A stretch of DNA of 64,000 nt. It comes from Octopus vulgaris. Its lineage: Eukaryota. The translations under genes were made by a program, and so were the position numbers. The notes under the pieces are model-generated. The model worked only from the letters and a program-made list of their open reading frames with translations. It was not told the DNA's origin and did not search any database. Location: positions 43,834,001 to 43,898,000 of the forward strand of contig OX597823.1 of the NCBI GenBank assembly GCA_951406725.2, written 5' to 3'. This document shows positions 14,650-26,586 of this stretch, one piece after another (positions within the stretch are counted from its first letter, which is position 1; each line of letters starts with the position of its first letter).

Positions 14650-15125
14650 GTACAAAGCGGATTCGCACGTCTACACACAAATACTTGCATGTATAGATAA
14701 GTCAGATTTATGCATTTTCACGTCAGCCACATGTATATTATCAAAATAACTCTGTAGGAAATGCGATTTTAATCAAGATTTTGTATGTAGATGTGCGAAT
14801 CCACTTTGAACGGGTAAGTATAGTTATTTATATGTAAATTTCCCGTGTATTGTGTTGACGAAGGAAAAGGGCTTTTTTTATGGCTTTATCCAAAAACTGA
14901 ACCCAATTTACAATTAATGTGAAGTCTTGTTGAGTATTTTTTCACTCACCCGACTACAACCTGTGTCTTTTTTGGGAGTTTTTCGGAAGCGTTTTAGTGC
15001 CTCGGCATTAATTACATGCATGTTGAAGACAGGCGTTTCGCCTTGCTCCCTTAATATAATTATATATATAATATAAATAATATATTTATGCATATATATA
15101 ATATATAATATATATATACATATGC

Positions 15126-15975
15126 ATATATGGGTACAAGACGTCAGCAACAGTTGGGAACAAAAACAGGACAATGGAGACACAGAAGGAAACCGAACGA
15201 AAATAAACATGGATGGTCGTTAGACCAGAACGAAGGTAAAATAGCGAACGCTGGAGAAATATTTTCTTTGACAAGAGAAAAGATAGAAGAGAGAGATATA
15301 GGGGACGTGCTGACCTAAGGACAGTACTGAAAGAAAAGAAAGATGAGCACGTGAGGAAGAGAAAGATGGACGATGGTCATGTGTGAGCAACGAGGAGAAA
15401 CGGAGGAAGCGGGAGAAACAGATAGAAAACAGTGAAGGGGAGGAAGAAAGGGACTTAGATAAAGGATGAGAGAGAAAACAGTATAGAGTAGAGTGACATC
15501 AAAAGGATAAAGATAAGCTCACTTGGAAATGGATGTGTGGCGTTCAATCAAATAACAATAATATAAATGATACACACACACACGCACGCACGCACACATA
15601 CATGTATATATGGGTACAGGACGTCACCAACAGTAAACAACATGAGATACGGAAGCAAATGAGTTCAATACGCAAACAACGTGAGAAACAAATGGAAAAC
15701 TGGACAAGTAACATAAAGGACGAACTTTCATCAGTTGTCAGCTGTCTATCTACTCGCCATTTCGAGCATTGAACGACAACAGATGTGAGCAACGAGAAAG
15801 AGATACGGAGAAAAAGGGAGAGAGAAAGAAAGAGACAGACAGACAGATAGAAAACGGTGAAGGGGAGGGAAAAAGGGAATTAGAGAAAGGATGAGAGAGA
15901 AAATAGTATGGAGTAGTTGCATCAAAAAGATAATGATAACCTTACTTGAAAATGGCTGCACGCGTTCAATCAAAT
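15126..15975. mobile_element. Two tandem copies of a microsatellite-flanked interspersed repeat (atatgggtacaggacgtca family)
   Basis: Both start atatgggtaca.gacgtca (about 15128 and 15608) and end gcgttcaatcaaataa (about 15555 and 15975), sharing a purine-rich body. Relatives lie at 33041 and 37120. Confidence 0.8.
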
Positions 15976-16910
15976 AATAATAATAATAGTAATAATAATA
16001 ATAATATATGCATATGTGTGTATTTGTATATATATATTCAGTGTTGAGAAGCTAAAATGAGTGTTATTCGTTGAGTTATTTTCAAGCATATAGCTACAAT
16101 TGCTTAAAGAAACGAAAAGCTTATTTTCAAGGACAACTATTACTCAACAAGTCCACCAATTACAGCTATAATTCGTTGAGAAAGGATGTTTTATCCACGT
16201 TAATAATCTTGAATCGTCTCCTGTTAGCAGGCTTTCCTCAGATTTTGCATCGGATTTGACATCGAAGTAGTCCCACCGCTAAAATTTAAATGAATAGAGA
16301 TTTAATGAGTAGAAATGCCAGAATTCTTCGTGGGCAAACAGCCATTATTGAAATTGTAAAACAGTGATTGAAAAGACATTGATGCCGCAGATAACTGGCA
16401 GGATGAATAAAAATCTGTTATGTGCAACGAAAGCAGTACTAGTTTAAAATTGTAATTTGTGTATTGTACTTAAAGTAGATACATCTTTGAAAGCCTAATT
16501 AGCTACTGTATTCATTCTCAGATAGTAACTATTATGAGCATCCTATGATAAAAGACACAAAATGAAATCAGCAGTAGGCGAAAATCGTTTTAGTATGCGG
16601 TTGGCAGTGGAGACACGCTACTAACGAAACCCATTGAAGGAGACATTTGCATCTACCAATGACACCACTATTACTGAGTGATTTTCATCATTTGGTTTTA
16701 AATACAGAACATCCATAGAAAATATTATTTCAGGGCGAATACCGCAGTTAGTTAGGCTTTCCATTATGTATCTGCTTTAAATATGATACACCGATTACTA
16801 TTTTGAATTAAAACTGCTTCTGTTGCGCATAACAAATATATATATATATATATATTTGTTATACGCAACAGGTATAGGTATATATGTGCGTGTGTGTTCC
16901 TCTAAGCGTG

Positions 16911-16944
<34 letters not shown>

Positions 16945-17075
16945 GAAGGATGCGTGCGAATCTATGAGCTATTTTTGGAAGTGATAGCTTATTGTTTATT
17001 ATTGGTGGCAACGTCTTATATTCTTCACGACTCATGAAGGTGTTAGTAGTAGTAGTAGTTGTAGTAGCAATAGTG

Positions 17076-17127
<52 letters not shown>

Positions 17128-17128
17128 C

Positions 17129-17175
<47 letters not shown>

Positions 17176-17435
17176 GGATGATTGTAGTAGCGGTGGTGGT
17201 AGTCGTGCTGGTCTTGGTAGTTGTAATTGTAGCTGGAAAAATGTGTTAAATGAATTTCATTCGTCTCAGATCAGAGGCAAGTTTACTACTCTTGGAAGCG
17301 CGCGCGCGATTGTGTGTATGTGTTGAATATTGGTTTATACATACACACAAAGAAATTCATGCATATACACATCAATTCGTAGACACGAACAAAACAACCG
17401 AAAACACACACACCACAAACTTTTATGTACATGTA

Positions 17436-17502
<67 letters not shown>

Positions 17503-17505
<3 letters not shown>

Positions 17506-17983
17506 CAGTGTGCATTTAAACACAAAAGAAGTATCCATCATAGGACTACCTGCACGCAAGAGAGGACAGTTAAATACCAAACCACTATTAGGGATAACAT
17601 TTCGAATGGAATGAAAAATATAAACATTTACTATCTAACTTCTGGACCAATGATTTTAGACTTTTTTTTTTTTAGCAAATAAAATAATTTGCTAGGCGAA
17701 GCCTTCTTCAGCATATATACACGAGGCAATCCAGTATATGCCCCCGTGCTTATACATTTTAATTTTTCAAATCTACCGCGCAAGCGCAGCTCCCTGTCGG
17801 TAGTAAATAAGTATGCCGCTTTTTCATTTCGAAAATTATCCAAGAAAAATTTATCAATAATTAATAGTATCAAGGGGTAATCTGAAATATTAGAAATTTC
17901 TATTACCAGTGGCCTAGCGTGTAAAAAATTTAATCAATAGACTATATATCATTCATATAAATACAGTGTACATTTAAACACAC
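17503..17983 (-). mobile_element. About 460-bp non-coding unit with 22-nt terminal direct repeats and a hammerhead-like motif, in (TA)n
   Basis: atacagtgt[g/a]catttaaacaca occurs at 17503 and 17962. The minus strand at 17645-17711 reads CTGAAGA-AGGC...GTCT-aAAA-TCATTGG-TC. Confidence 0.55.
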
Positions 17984-18090
17984 ACACACATATATATACA
18001 TGTATATATACATACACAAGCATATATATATATATATATACACACATATATAAACATATATATACATGTATATATACACACACACACACA

Positions 18091-18124
<34 letters not shown>

Positions 18125-18125
<1 letters not shown>

Positions 18126-18352
18126 AAATATTAGGGAATAAATCCAAACTTACAGGGAAAAATCAGATTTAGGATTAAATCCAATTTTATAGTAAAATAT
18201 ATTATATTATATTATATTAAATTAGAGATAAAACCACTATTAGGCAAATCAAACAATGAAAAACATAAGCCAATACATAAAATTAATTAATTTATATTAT
18301 TTTAAATATATATCAAAAGTATTAAAAGTTTAATAAAAGATAAAGAGTAAAA

Positions 18353-18356
<4 letters not shown>
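18125..18356. mobile_element. AT-rich (TA)n-flanked interspersed repeat
   Basis: tagggaata...ttacagggaaaaat...aaaccactatta is colinear with 23062-23230. Confidence 0.7.
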
Positions 18357-18412
<56 letters not shown>

Positions 18413-19252
18413 GAATATATGATCAGATAGATGAGATGTATGCATGGGCAAATAAATCTGCGTGTATGTAATTGTAAATAATTATCGTAACGGATTTAAA
18501 GATATCTGTGAGTGTCCGTACATATTGCGGCACTGGTGAGATGCTGTTTGATTAGCATTTGAAAATCTGATTTATCTCAGAAGTAAGGTATTCACAAATT
18601 TAGATGCACTTTCTAGTTATTCGTTTAACCAGACATTATTTGTTAAAACATGTGTATGTGTTTTGCGTGTGTGTATGTGTGTGTTTGCGTGTGTGCGTGT
18701 GTGTTCTCTAGCAGTTTTAATTATTTGAATTCTTACTGTTAGGAAGGAACAAAAGACAAACCTCATCGTTAGAGTATAGATAAGAAAAACAATGTCGCAT
18801 ATATGACGTACTAGATGTTTATGTGTACAATGAAACGAAAATACATATAATTTCATACCCGCATATATGTATATACGTATACATAGATGTATATATATAT
18901 ACACACATACACACACGCACATGCATAATTCTATAAAAATATAGAAGCATACATACAATTAAAACACATGAATACGTAGGTGTATCCACTCACTAAATGG
19001 AGCTTTATCTTTGTAGCTATCATATATATTGTTAAATATCTGTTAATCAGATATTAAAAGCACCTTGCATTTATAAGCTGTTGGGCAGGTAACAGTTAAC
19101 TATTTTTACTTAGGTAAGTAGATTACAATGATAACATTGATGTAATGTAACATATACCTAGCAATTAAAGAGATATAGAGATATACGCGTAAATTCACAC
19201 TCATACGTACGCACAGACACATAGATACCAATATGTGTGTGTGTGTGTGTGA

Positions 19253-19302
<50 letters not shown>

Positions 19303-19394
19303 ATATATGTGTGTATTCATATATATATATATATATATACGTGTGTGTGCATGCGTGCGTATGCATGCATATATGTATGCGCGCGCGCATATAT

Positions 19395-19432
<38 letters not shown>

Positions 19433-19444
19433 ATATATATATAT

Positions 19445-19630
19445 AGAGAAGAATTCACAAAACAAAAATAAAAGACGAAGACAGGTGGTGTAGACAACAA
19501 ACAGATGTATTAGTTTAACACTCGGGAAGTGAAAAAGTTTTTAATGTTTCGAGCCTACGCTTTTGTACAGAAAGGAACACAGAAAGAAACAGGGAGAGAA
19601 AATAAAGAATGTGTAGTGGCTAGCGATCAG
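19445..19630 (-). mobile_element. About 185-bp (TA)n-embedded unit with hammerhead-like motif (copy A)
   Basis: Homologous to 19808-20001 and 32110-32295. Minus strand 19574-19537 reads CTTT-CTGTACA-AAAGCGTAGGCTC-GAAA-CATTAAAAAC. Confidence 0.75.
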
Positions 19631-19671
<41 letters not shown>

Positions 19672-19807
19672 TGTATAGATATTTATACACGGAGAGAAAA
19701 TCACGAAGTGGTTTTCTTATATGCTAAAAAAGGCAATCAAAACCCCAAACCACTGGTATAAGTTATTATTTTAATAATTTGTACCATTACATTTATATAT
19801 ATATATA

Positions 19808-20001
19808 GGGAGAATTCGTGAAAGAAACAAAAGACGAAGACATGTGGTGTAGAAAACAAACAGATGTATTAGTATAACGCTCAGGAATTGAAAAGATCTT
19901 TTACGTTTCGAGCCTACGCTCTTCCACAGAAAGGAATACAGAAAGAAACAAGGAGAGAAAAAAACGAGAGAAAAAATGTGTGTAATGGCTACCGATCTAT
20001 C
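19808..20001 (-). mobile_element. About 190-bp (TA)n-embedded unit with hammerhead-like motif (copy B)
   Basis: Minus strand 19933-19898 reads CTTT-CTGTGGA-A-GAGC-GTAG-GCTC-GAAA-CG-TA-AAAG. Confidence 0.8.
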
Positions 20002-20399
20002 ATCTTTGTTTAAAATTTGTGCTTGATGCAATGTTGTAGCTATAAGAGTTACTTACTATGTTGTGAACAGTGCATTGGTATACGACGTTGAATCTTACAA
20101 ATATACATACATACATACATACATACATACATACATACATACATACATACATACATACATACATACATACATACATACATGCATGCATACATACATACAA
20201 AGTATGGGGGTTTAGTTCACAGGTGATCTAAACGATTAGGTAAACTAGCTAAGTGCTGTAACGGATTACTAGGGCTCCAAGATTATAGTCGAGACGGTAG
20301 TTATGGAGCCATTGCAGATTTCCGATTCGGTGGATATATAATTATTAAAGAGGACGGCAAACGTTAAGGCAAGGCAAATCCCTGAAGTCGTATACATTA

Positions 20400-20906
20400 T
20401 CGTAGAATCTATTATCACCTCATTTAATAAACGTAAACTTATCTCTTACTATCTAAATGCATACAACTCTGCCATAGACCTATACAAATGAAAACACTAA
20501 CACCGATCGCAATAACATATCTAATACCATGGCCGAACTACTTTAAACAACTTAAACATACATAATATTGTCTCCACCTCGGAAGGTAATGGGCGCACAG
20601 CTGAAATCGAGAGAAACACTAATAGGCACACTGATTCTAACAATACGGACTGTATTATAACCACTACAACTAATAATACATATACTTCAATTACTGATAA
20701 GACTAGCAATAATATTAATACTAACACCAACGACAATATTTCCGTTACTTAAAATAGTACTACTACTAACACTCCTACCATAAACGCAACTACTAATAGC
20801 TGTAATACTAACATCACTAATACCATCTCCTCTGTCATCGCTATTACTAACATTACTACCAACGATCCTACTACTGCCGTTGCTGCTGCTGTTACTGCTG
20901 CTGCTG

Positions 20907-20954
<48 letters not shown>

Positions 20955-21155
20955 TTACCACCATCACCACCACCACTACTACTAGTAGTAGTAATTGATA
21001 ATAATATTTAAACAGCGATGCCGATATACGATAATGATAATAATAATAATAATAGTAACGATGGCGTTGATATCGAGACTAGAAACGACATCAGTAATAA
21101 CAGCAATATCAATATCGATTCACCTAGAACCATCCTAGCCACTACCAGCACTACC

Positions 21156-21190
<35 letters not shown>

Positions 21191-22921
21191 CAATTAACCA
21201 TCGTAGAATTGATAACTGCAACTGCAAATCCGGGACAGACTGCCTGCTGCAAGCCCAATGAAGAAGATTCAATGTCGTATACCAATGCACAGTTCACAAC
21301 ATAATAAGTAACTCCTATAGCTACAACATTGGATCAAGCACAAATTTTAAACAAAGATATTATGCACATTTAAACTGGTTTAAATATAATGAGAATAGCT
21401 AGCTACGTACACCATCTAATTAACAGAAAAATACAATATAAACTTTCCTGGGCTATAATAGACTCGGGTATCTCATATCAGGGCCAACACTCCAATTGTG
21501 GACTCTTCTTAAAAGAAGCCCTCAAAATTTTTATCCCATTACTCACCACAACTGCTTAATAAATACAACGAAGTCTTCACTACATGTAAGCACTAATTCT
21601 TCCTCACATTAAATTCTTTCGTAAATCTAAATGTAAGTTTACCCACCACGAATAGCACCCACTACAAACCCCTATGATCATTAATACATAACCTTCTATA
21701 TCTCTTCTATCTCTCCTATATCTATATCTCTTATTTCTACCTTATCTCTTATATCTCTTCTACTTAGCTTGCCTCATCACTTTATGAGATAAATATTAAT
21801 TCTTTAATTAATCCTTAATTTTATTTTTAAACCTTAAGCCAATAAATCCCCTAATGTCTAACTCCCACTCACAAATAAGTTAACATTCAACTAGGTCCTC
21901 CATTCTCGACTACCTACACACTCTAACAGCATTGCTAAAAATAACTCTACAGCCACTGACCTTAGCCAGAATTGGCACAAATATTTACTACTAGATTTCC
22001 GCTCCAACACCTATAGACTTTAGGACTACAACTGACACCTACTACTCTCCTTAGATTCCATACATTTTGCGCTATTTTGTATATTTTTAATCTATTTTCC
22101 TCTGCCTCCTCATCCTTTCTCTTATTTTCTTGGCTACCCCTACACAATATTATTAGACACCATATGTCTATACACCTTACTTTATCTTAAAGCCAAACCT
22201 TAACCCCTCACTCTATCTACCTCTACTTCTATTTATTTACTTAATATAACATTCTGTTATTGAACGTTGATATGTTCACGTCTTTTTTCTCTGAATGTTT
22301 ACTATATCAGGATTTTAACCCACATGGATCTACGCAGGATTTCACCTAAGGACTTATCCTCTTCTGGCTACAACATCGATAAGTTGAACTATGGACTTTT
22401 ATGCTTCTTTTTTCTTTACGGAGACAGTTGCTGTCTCCGTAAGCAAAATTTAGATTTCCATGCTACAACATCTATGGCTTTTCCATAGGTTGTCCTGCAA
22501 GGAATCAAGTTGCCGGTGGTGTTAGTTATTTGCAATTCTGGCATTTACTATCTGATGTTTCAGCACGGAAATCTAAATTTTGCTTACGGAGACAGCAACT
22601 GAGTATCGCCTGAGGAGATGCATACAGATCTTCTTATACAGGTAAATCGTTAAATAATTTAATTTAAATTTTAAATCCTGTATATACTGGGATTTGTATG
22701 TATCGAAACATTTGTAGCGATTAAAAAGCTGCCTAACTGTCCTTACACTTCCTTTTGATTTTGACTCTTTTAGTTTTTACTTTTTATTTTTACACACAAG
22801 GGATACCTAAGACTAGAATTCGTGGCATACCATAAGAATACTACCTGCTGTTTAGGAATTCTAAGGATGAACGAGCTCTATTTCTACTCTTATCCGTTCT
22901 TAACAGAACACATCTCAACTG

Positions 22922-22925
<4 letters not shown>
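20400..22925 (+). mobile_element. Penelope-like element 3' part: low-complexity linker, GIY-YIG endonuclease, long 3' UTR/pLTR with hammerhead
   Basis: 21200-21540 translates NCNCKSGTDCLLQAQ*RRFNVVYQCTVHN..SYNIGSSTNFKQRYYAH...ASYVHHLINRKIQYKLSWAII...Y...SNCGLFLKEALKI. This matches the PLE Cys-linker/GIY-YIG pattern CNC..CPL.G.C..VVYQ..YIG..FK.RY..H..LS.YIW..W.I..C.LCL.EK. The element ends at (TA)n; the 5' boundary is approximate. Confidence 0.8.
22605..22721 (+). ncRNA. Type I hammerhead ribozyme with intact core and extended stem II
   Basis: Stem I ATCGC (22605-09)/GCGAT (22717-21); CTGAGGA (22610-16); stem II GATGCATACAGATC/GATTTGTATGTATC (14 bp, 2 GU) plus TATACAGG/CCTGTATA; GAAA (22705-08); minimal stem III C-ATTT-G; GTA triplet ending at 22716. 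Confidence 0.8.
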
Positions 22926-22980
<55 letters not shown>

Positions 22981-23061
22981 GTATGAATGTATGTATATAT
23001 AAATACATATATCTATATAGATAGATAATAATAATAATAATAATTATAATAATAATAATAA

Positions 23062-23370
23062 TAGGGAATATAATTCTAAAATTTACAGGGAAAAATTCAA
23101 TTTAGCAATTTTAAATCAAATTTCACAATATATAATATATGTATATAATTTGGAGAAAAACCACTATTAAACAATTCAATAGTGAAAGATGTTATCCACA
23201 CCATATAGAAAACATATACTATAAAACAAAAACTTATTTGGAATCATGTACTTTATTGATTTAAAATATGTTTTTTTTATAGTATATGTTTTCTATGTGA
23301 TATATGGTGTGAATAACATCTTTCTTTATTCAATTATTTAAAAGTGTTTTTTTCTCTAAATTATATACAT
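23062..23370. mobile_element. AT-rich repeat (18125 family) with a partial inverted copy
   Basis: 23138-23228 is the imperfect reverse complement of 23272-23370. Confidence 0.7.
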
Positions 23371-23387
23371 ACACACACACATACACT

Positions 23388-23470
<83 letters not shown>

Positions 23471-23857
23471 GTGTGTGTGTGTGTGTGTGTGAGTGTGTGT
23501 GTATGTGTATACCCTAGTAACTTGCCGTCTCTCATAGCATAGAATTATTTTTCCTTAAAGATATTGTAATATACTTTTACGCATTATTTGGAAATTTTAA
23601 AAGTGACAAATGGCATGATAAATCTATTTTACATACGTTCATATACATTTGCGAATTAGTTGCTGTAAGTGTTTTTTACCAACCAATTAAAGTTGGTAAC
23701 CGGACATTGGTAATCAGATAGTAAATGCCGGAATTGCAAATAACTAACACCAACGGCAGCTTGATTCCTTGCAGGACTACCTATGGAAAAGACGAATCAT
23801 GAATTTTTATTTTTCATAATATTTATCGAAACAGTATACTCTTTGGATCAGTCCCCA

Positions 23858-24600
23858 TTATGAGTGAACGTCATTGATAACGATGAAAATATCTAGATAG
23901 AAGAAAATAGTCGAGGTGAATCCTAGGTTGAGGTGGAAAGTGTTTGTAGAAGAGATACAGCTTATCGAATCGAAGTCTGGGAACGAAGTAACACCGATAT
24001 AGTCGTCAATATAGCCATCATCAGCTATAATGTACTGTGAAGGGAGAAAATTCTGTTCTTGAATGTAGGCAACATAGGGGTTTGCATGAGTACAGCCCGT
24101 CTTAGTGAGCATAGTGTCGTTATTGGGCTCTTGTAAAAGTCACCAAAGAAAAGTGATTGAAAGGCGAAGGAAAGAGATAGTGTACGGATAGAGGACAAGA
24201 CAGCGAAGAAATGCTCAAAGGTTGCTAAGCCGACGTCTGCCAGTGTAAATGGTTTCTTTGTCTATAATGAATAACAATTTAGAACATTGAGGAGGGAAAG
24301 AGAATGAGATAAAGAGATTTAGAGCATGCTTTGTGTCTTTGATGCGTGTAGGTAAGGCGGATGTGAGTGGTGGAAGCAGTTTGATATAGAGTAGATATAT
24401 AAGTAGATAGAGAGACATTCGAAAAGATAGTTATAGGCGGATACATGGCGAGTGTGGTTGTTAAGTTTGTAAATTTGGCGAAGGATGAAGATGGCGGAGT
24501 TGTGGAGTGTGATTAGGATGAGAATGGTAACATAAAGTGGACAGAGCTAGAGATAATGAGAGTTAGAGAAAATGAGTTCTGCTATAGCGTATTTAAGTGG
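23858..24600 (-). mobile_element. Penelope-like reverse transcriptase remnant
   Basis: ORFs give LPTRIKDTKHALNLFISFSF..LLFIIDKETIYT and TKTGCTHANPYVAYIQEQ...GYIDDYIG...NTFHLNLGFT...YLDI. These correspond to the PLE RT motifs LP.YI.DT, MD..SLYT, MG...P.YAN, YIDD, N.FHP.L.FT and FLDI. Confidence 0.85.
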
Positions 24601-24719
24601 TTGGATGAAGTACTTTTTTTCTCGAAAGATTCTTTTGGATACTTTGAAACGATACAACATGCGTGCGTGCGTACGTCGTATGTGCGTGCATGTGTGTCTG
24701 TGTGTGTGTAGCACCTTTC

Positions 24720-25035
24720 CATATCCAGGAACATATCCCATTGTTGGTGTCACTTGATCTTCACAGAGAGACAGAAGCAATTCAAAGCTGAAGTATTCTT
24801 GTTTTGAAGACGGCAGCCAGTCTTTGGGAGGCAATTTATTTGGCCATTTTAGGAATATAATATCTCATATAGACTGGAGAGATTATTAATGATTATAAGG
24901 TGCACTGGCATTTTAATAGACTTGAAAGGTTTCAATTAGATGTTATTGAATGCTATTGGAGATGGTGTACAATATTATTTTCTAGATATGCAAGAGGTTG
25001 TGACTACGTGCTGATGAAGACAAGATTGTCATATC
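24720..25035 (+). mobile_element. Degraded Penelope-like GIY-YIG end followed by a hammerhead 5' half
   Basis: Remnants resemble IPC..C..GET and H.IDW (catatagactgg). Then CTGATGA-A-GACAA-GA-TTGTC at 25011-25030, with the GAAA half lost. Confidence 0.45.
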
Positions 25036-25151
25036 CTTATTAAAGAACATTTCCTAAGTCTTTTCCCTTTATATACATATATATAAGCATACAGCATATA
25101 CTGTATACATGCATACACAGATAGTTATATAGATAGCTCGATAGATAGCTC

Positions 25152-25226
<75 letters not shown>

Positions 25227-25415
25227 GGATGTGTATATAAGCAAGCATATATATAAATGCAAGCATATATATACGTGTGTTGTGTGGGGATGTATGAGTG
25301 GGGTGCGTAAGCGCACGCATATGTATGTGAAAGTTAATTCTATAGTTATTACTTGGAAAGCTTGATAAGCAAACTTATTAAACGCTATTTATTAATCAAT
25401 ATTTTAAGCTTTGAA

Positions 25416-25945
25416 AAGGTGAGGAGCTGGCGGAAACGATAACAGGCCGGGCGATATGCTTAGCGGTATTTCGTATGTCTATAAGTTCTGAGTTCAAATT
25501 CCGCCGAGGTCGAATTTGCCTTTCATCCTTTCGGAGTCGATTAAATAAGTACCAGTTACGCACTGGGTTCCGATGTAATCGACTTAATCCGTGTGTCTGT
25601 CCTTGTTTGTCCCCTCTGTGTTTAGCTCCTTGTGGGTAGTAAAGAAATAGGTATTTTGTCTGCCGCTACGTTCTGACTTCAAATTCCGCCGAGGTCAACT
25701 TTGCCTTTCATCCTTTCGGGGTCGATAAATTAAGTACCAGTTACGCACTGGGGTCGATGTAATCGACTTAATCCGTTTGTCTGTCCTTGTTTGTCCTCTT
25801 TGTGTTTAGCCCCTTGTGGGTAGTAAAGACATAGGTATTTCATCCTTTCGGGGTCGATAATTTAAGTACCAGTTGCGTACTGGGGTCGACCTAATCGACT
25901 GGCCCCTCGCCAAAAATGTTGGGCCTTGTGCCTAGAGTAGAAAAG
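25416..25945 (+). mobile_element. Trimeric SINE flanked by a 15-bp TSD
   Basis: Head+core+tail-a (25416-25649), headless core+tail-a (25650-25833), truncated core+tail-b (25834-25945). aatattttaagcttt occurs at 25398-25412 and 25946-25960. Confidence 0.92.
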
Positions 25946-26555
25946 AATATTTTAAGCTTTATAAAACTTATATAAAAGAGAATGTATGTACATATATGTA
26001 CAGTCATTTTTTTGGCCAGAGCTTTAAACCCAGGCAACAAAAGTTTCGCATTGGGGCACATTTTTGTAAAGCAGAGGTTATTATTTATGTATCTTATTCG
26101 GATATCTTCACAAGATGGAATGACTCTCTCCAAATCAACAGAATATTGTTAGTTTCTTTTTAAACTTATTTCATCAAAATTCGATGATGTCGTATCAGTG
26201 GGTGTATTTCATGTTTGAATATGCACGAACCTGGCCAGATATAGCTGTTAGCAACTATGTATGTATGTATGTATGTATGTATGTATGTATGTATGTATGT
26301 ATGTATGTATGTATGTATGTATGTATGTGTGAATGTGAGTGTGCGCGTGTGTGCATATATTGGCATATGTACATTTATATATATATATATGCGTACGTCT
26401 GTAAGTATGTATATGTGTAAGTAAGAAAAAGTATGTGTGGATACACACATACACACGTGGAGGCATACATACATATATGCATGTATATATCCATACATAA
26501 ATACATGAATATATGTACATATATACACACACACAAACATAAATGTGTGTATATG

Positions 26556-26586
<31 letters not shown>

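Noticed and set aside
16130-16360. Possible mariner transposase N-terminal remnant (minus strand)
   Set aside because: Only vague motif resemblance and no TIRs found.
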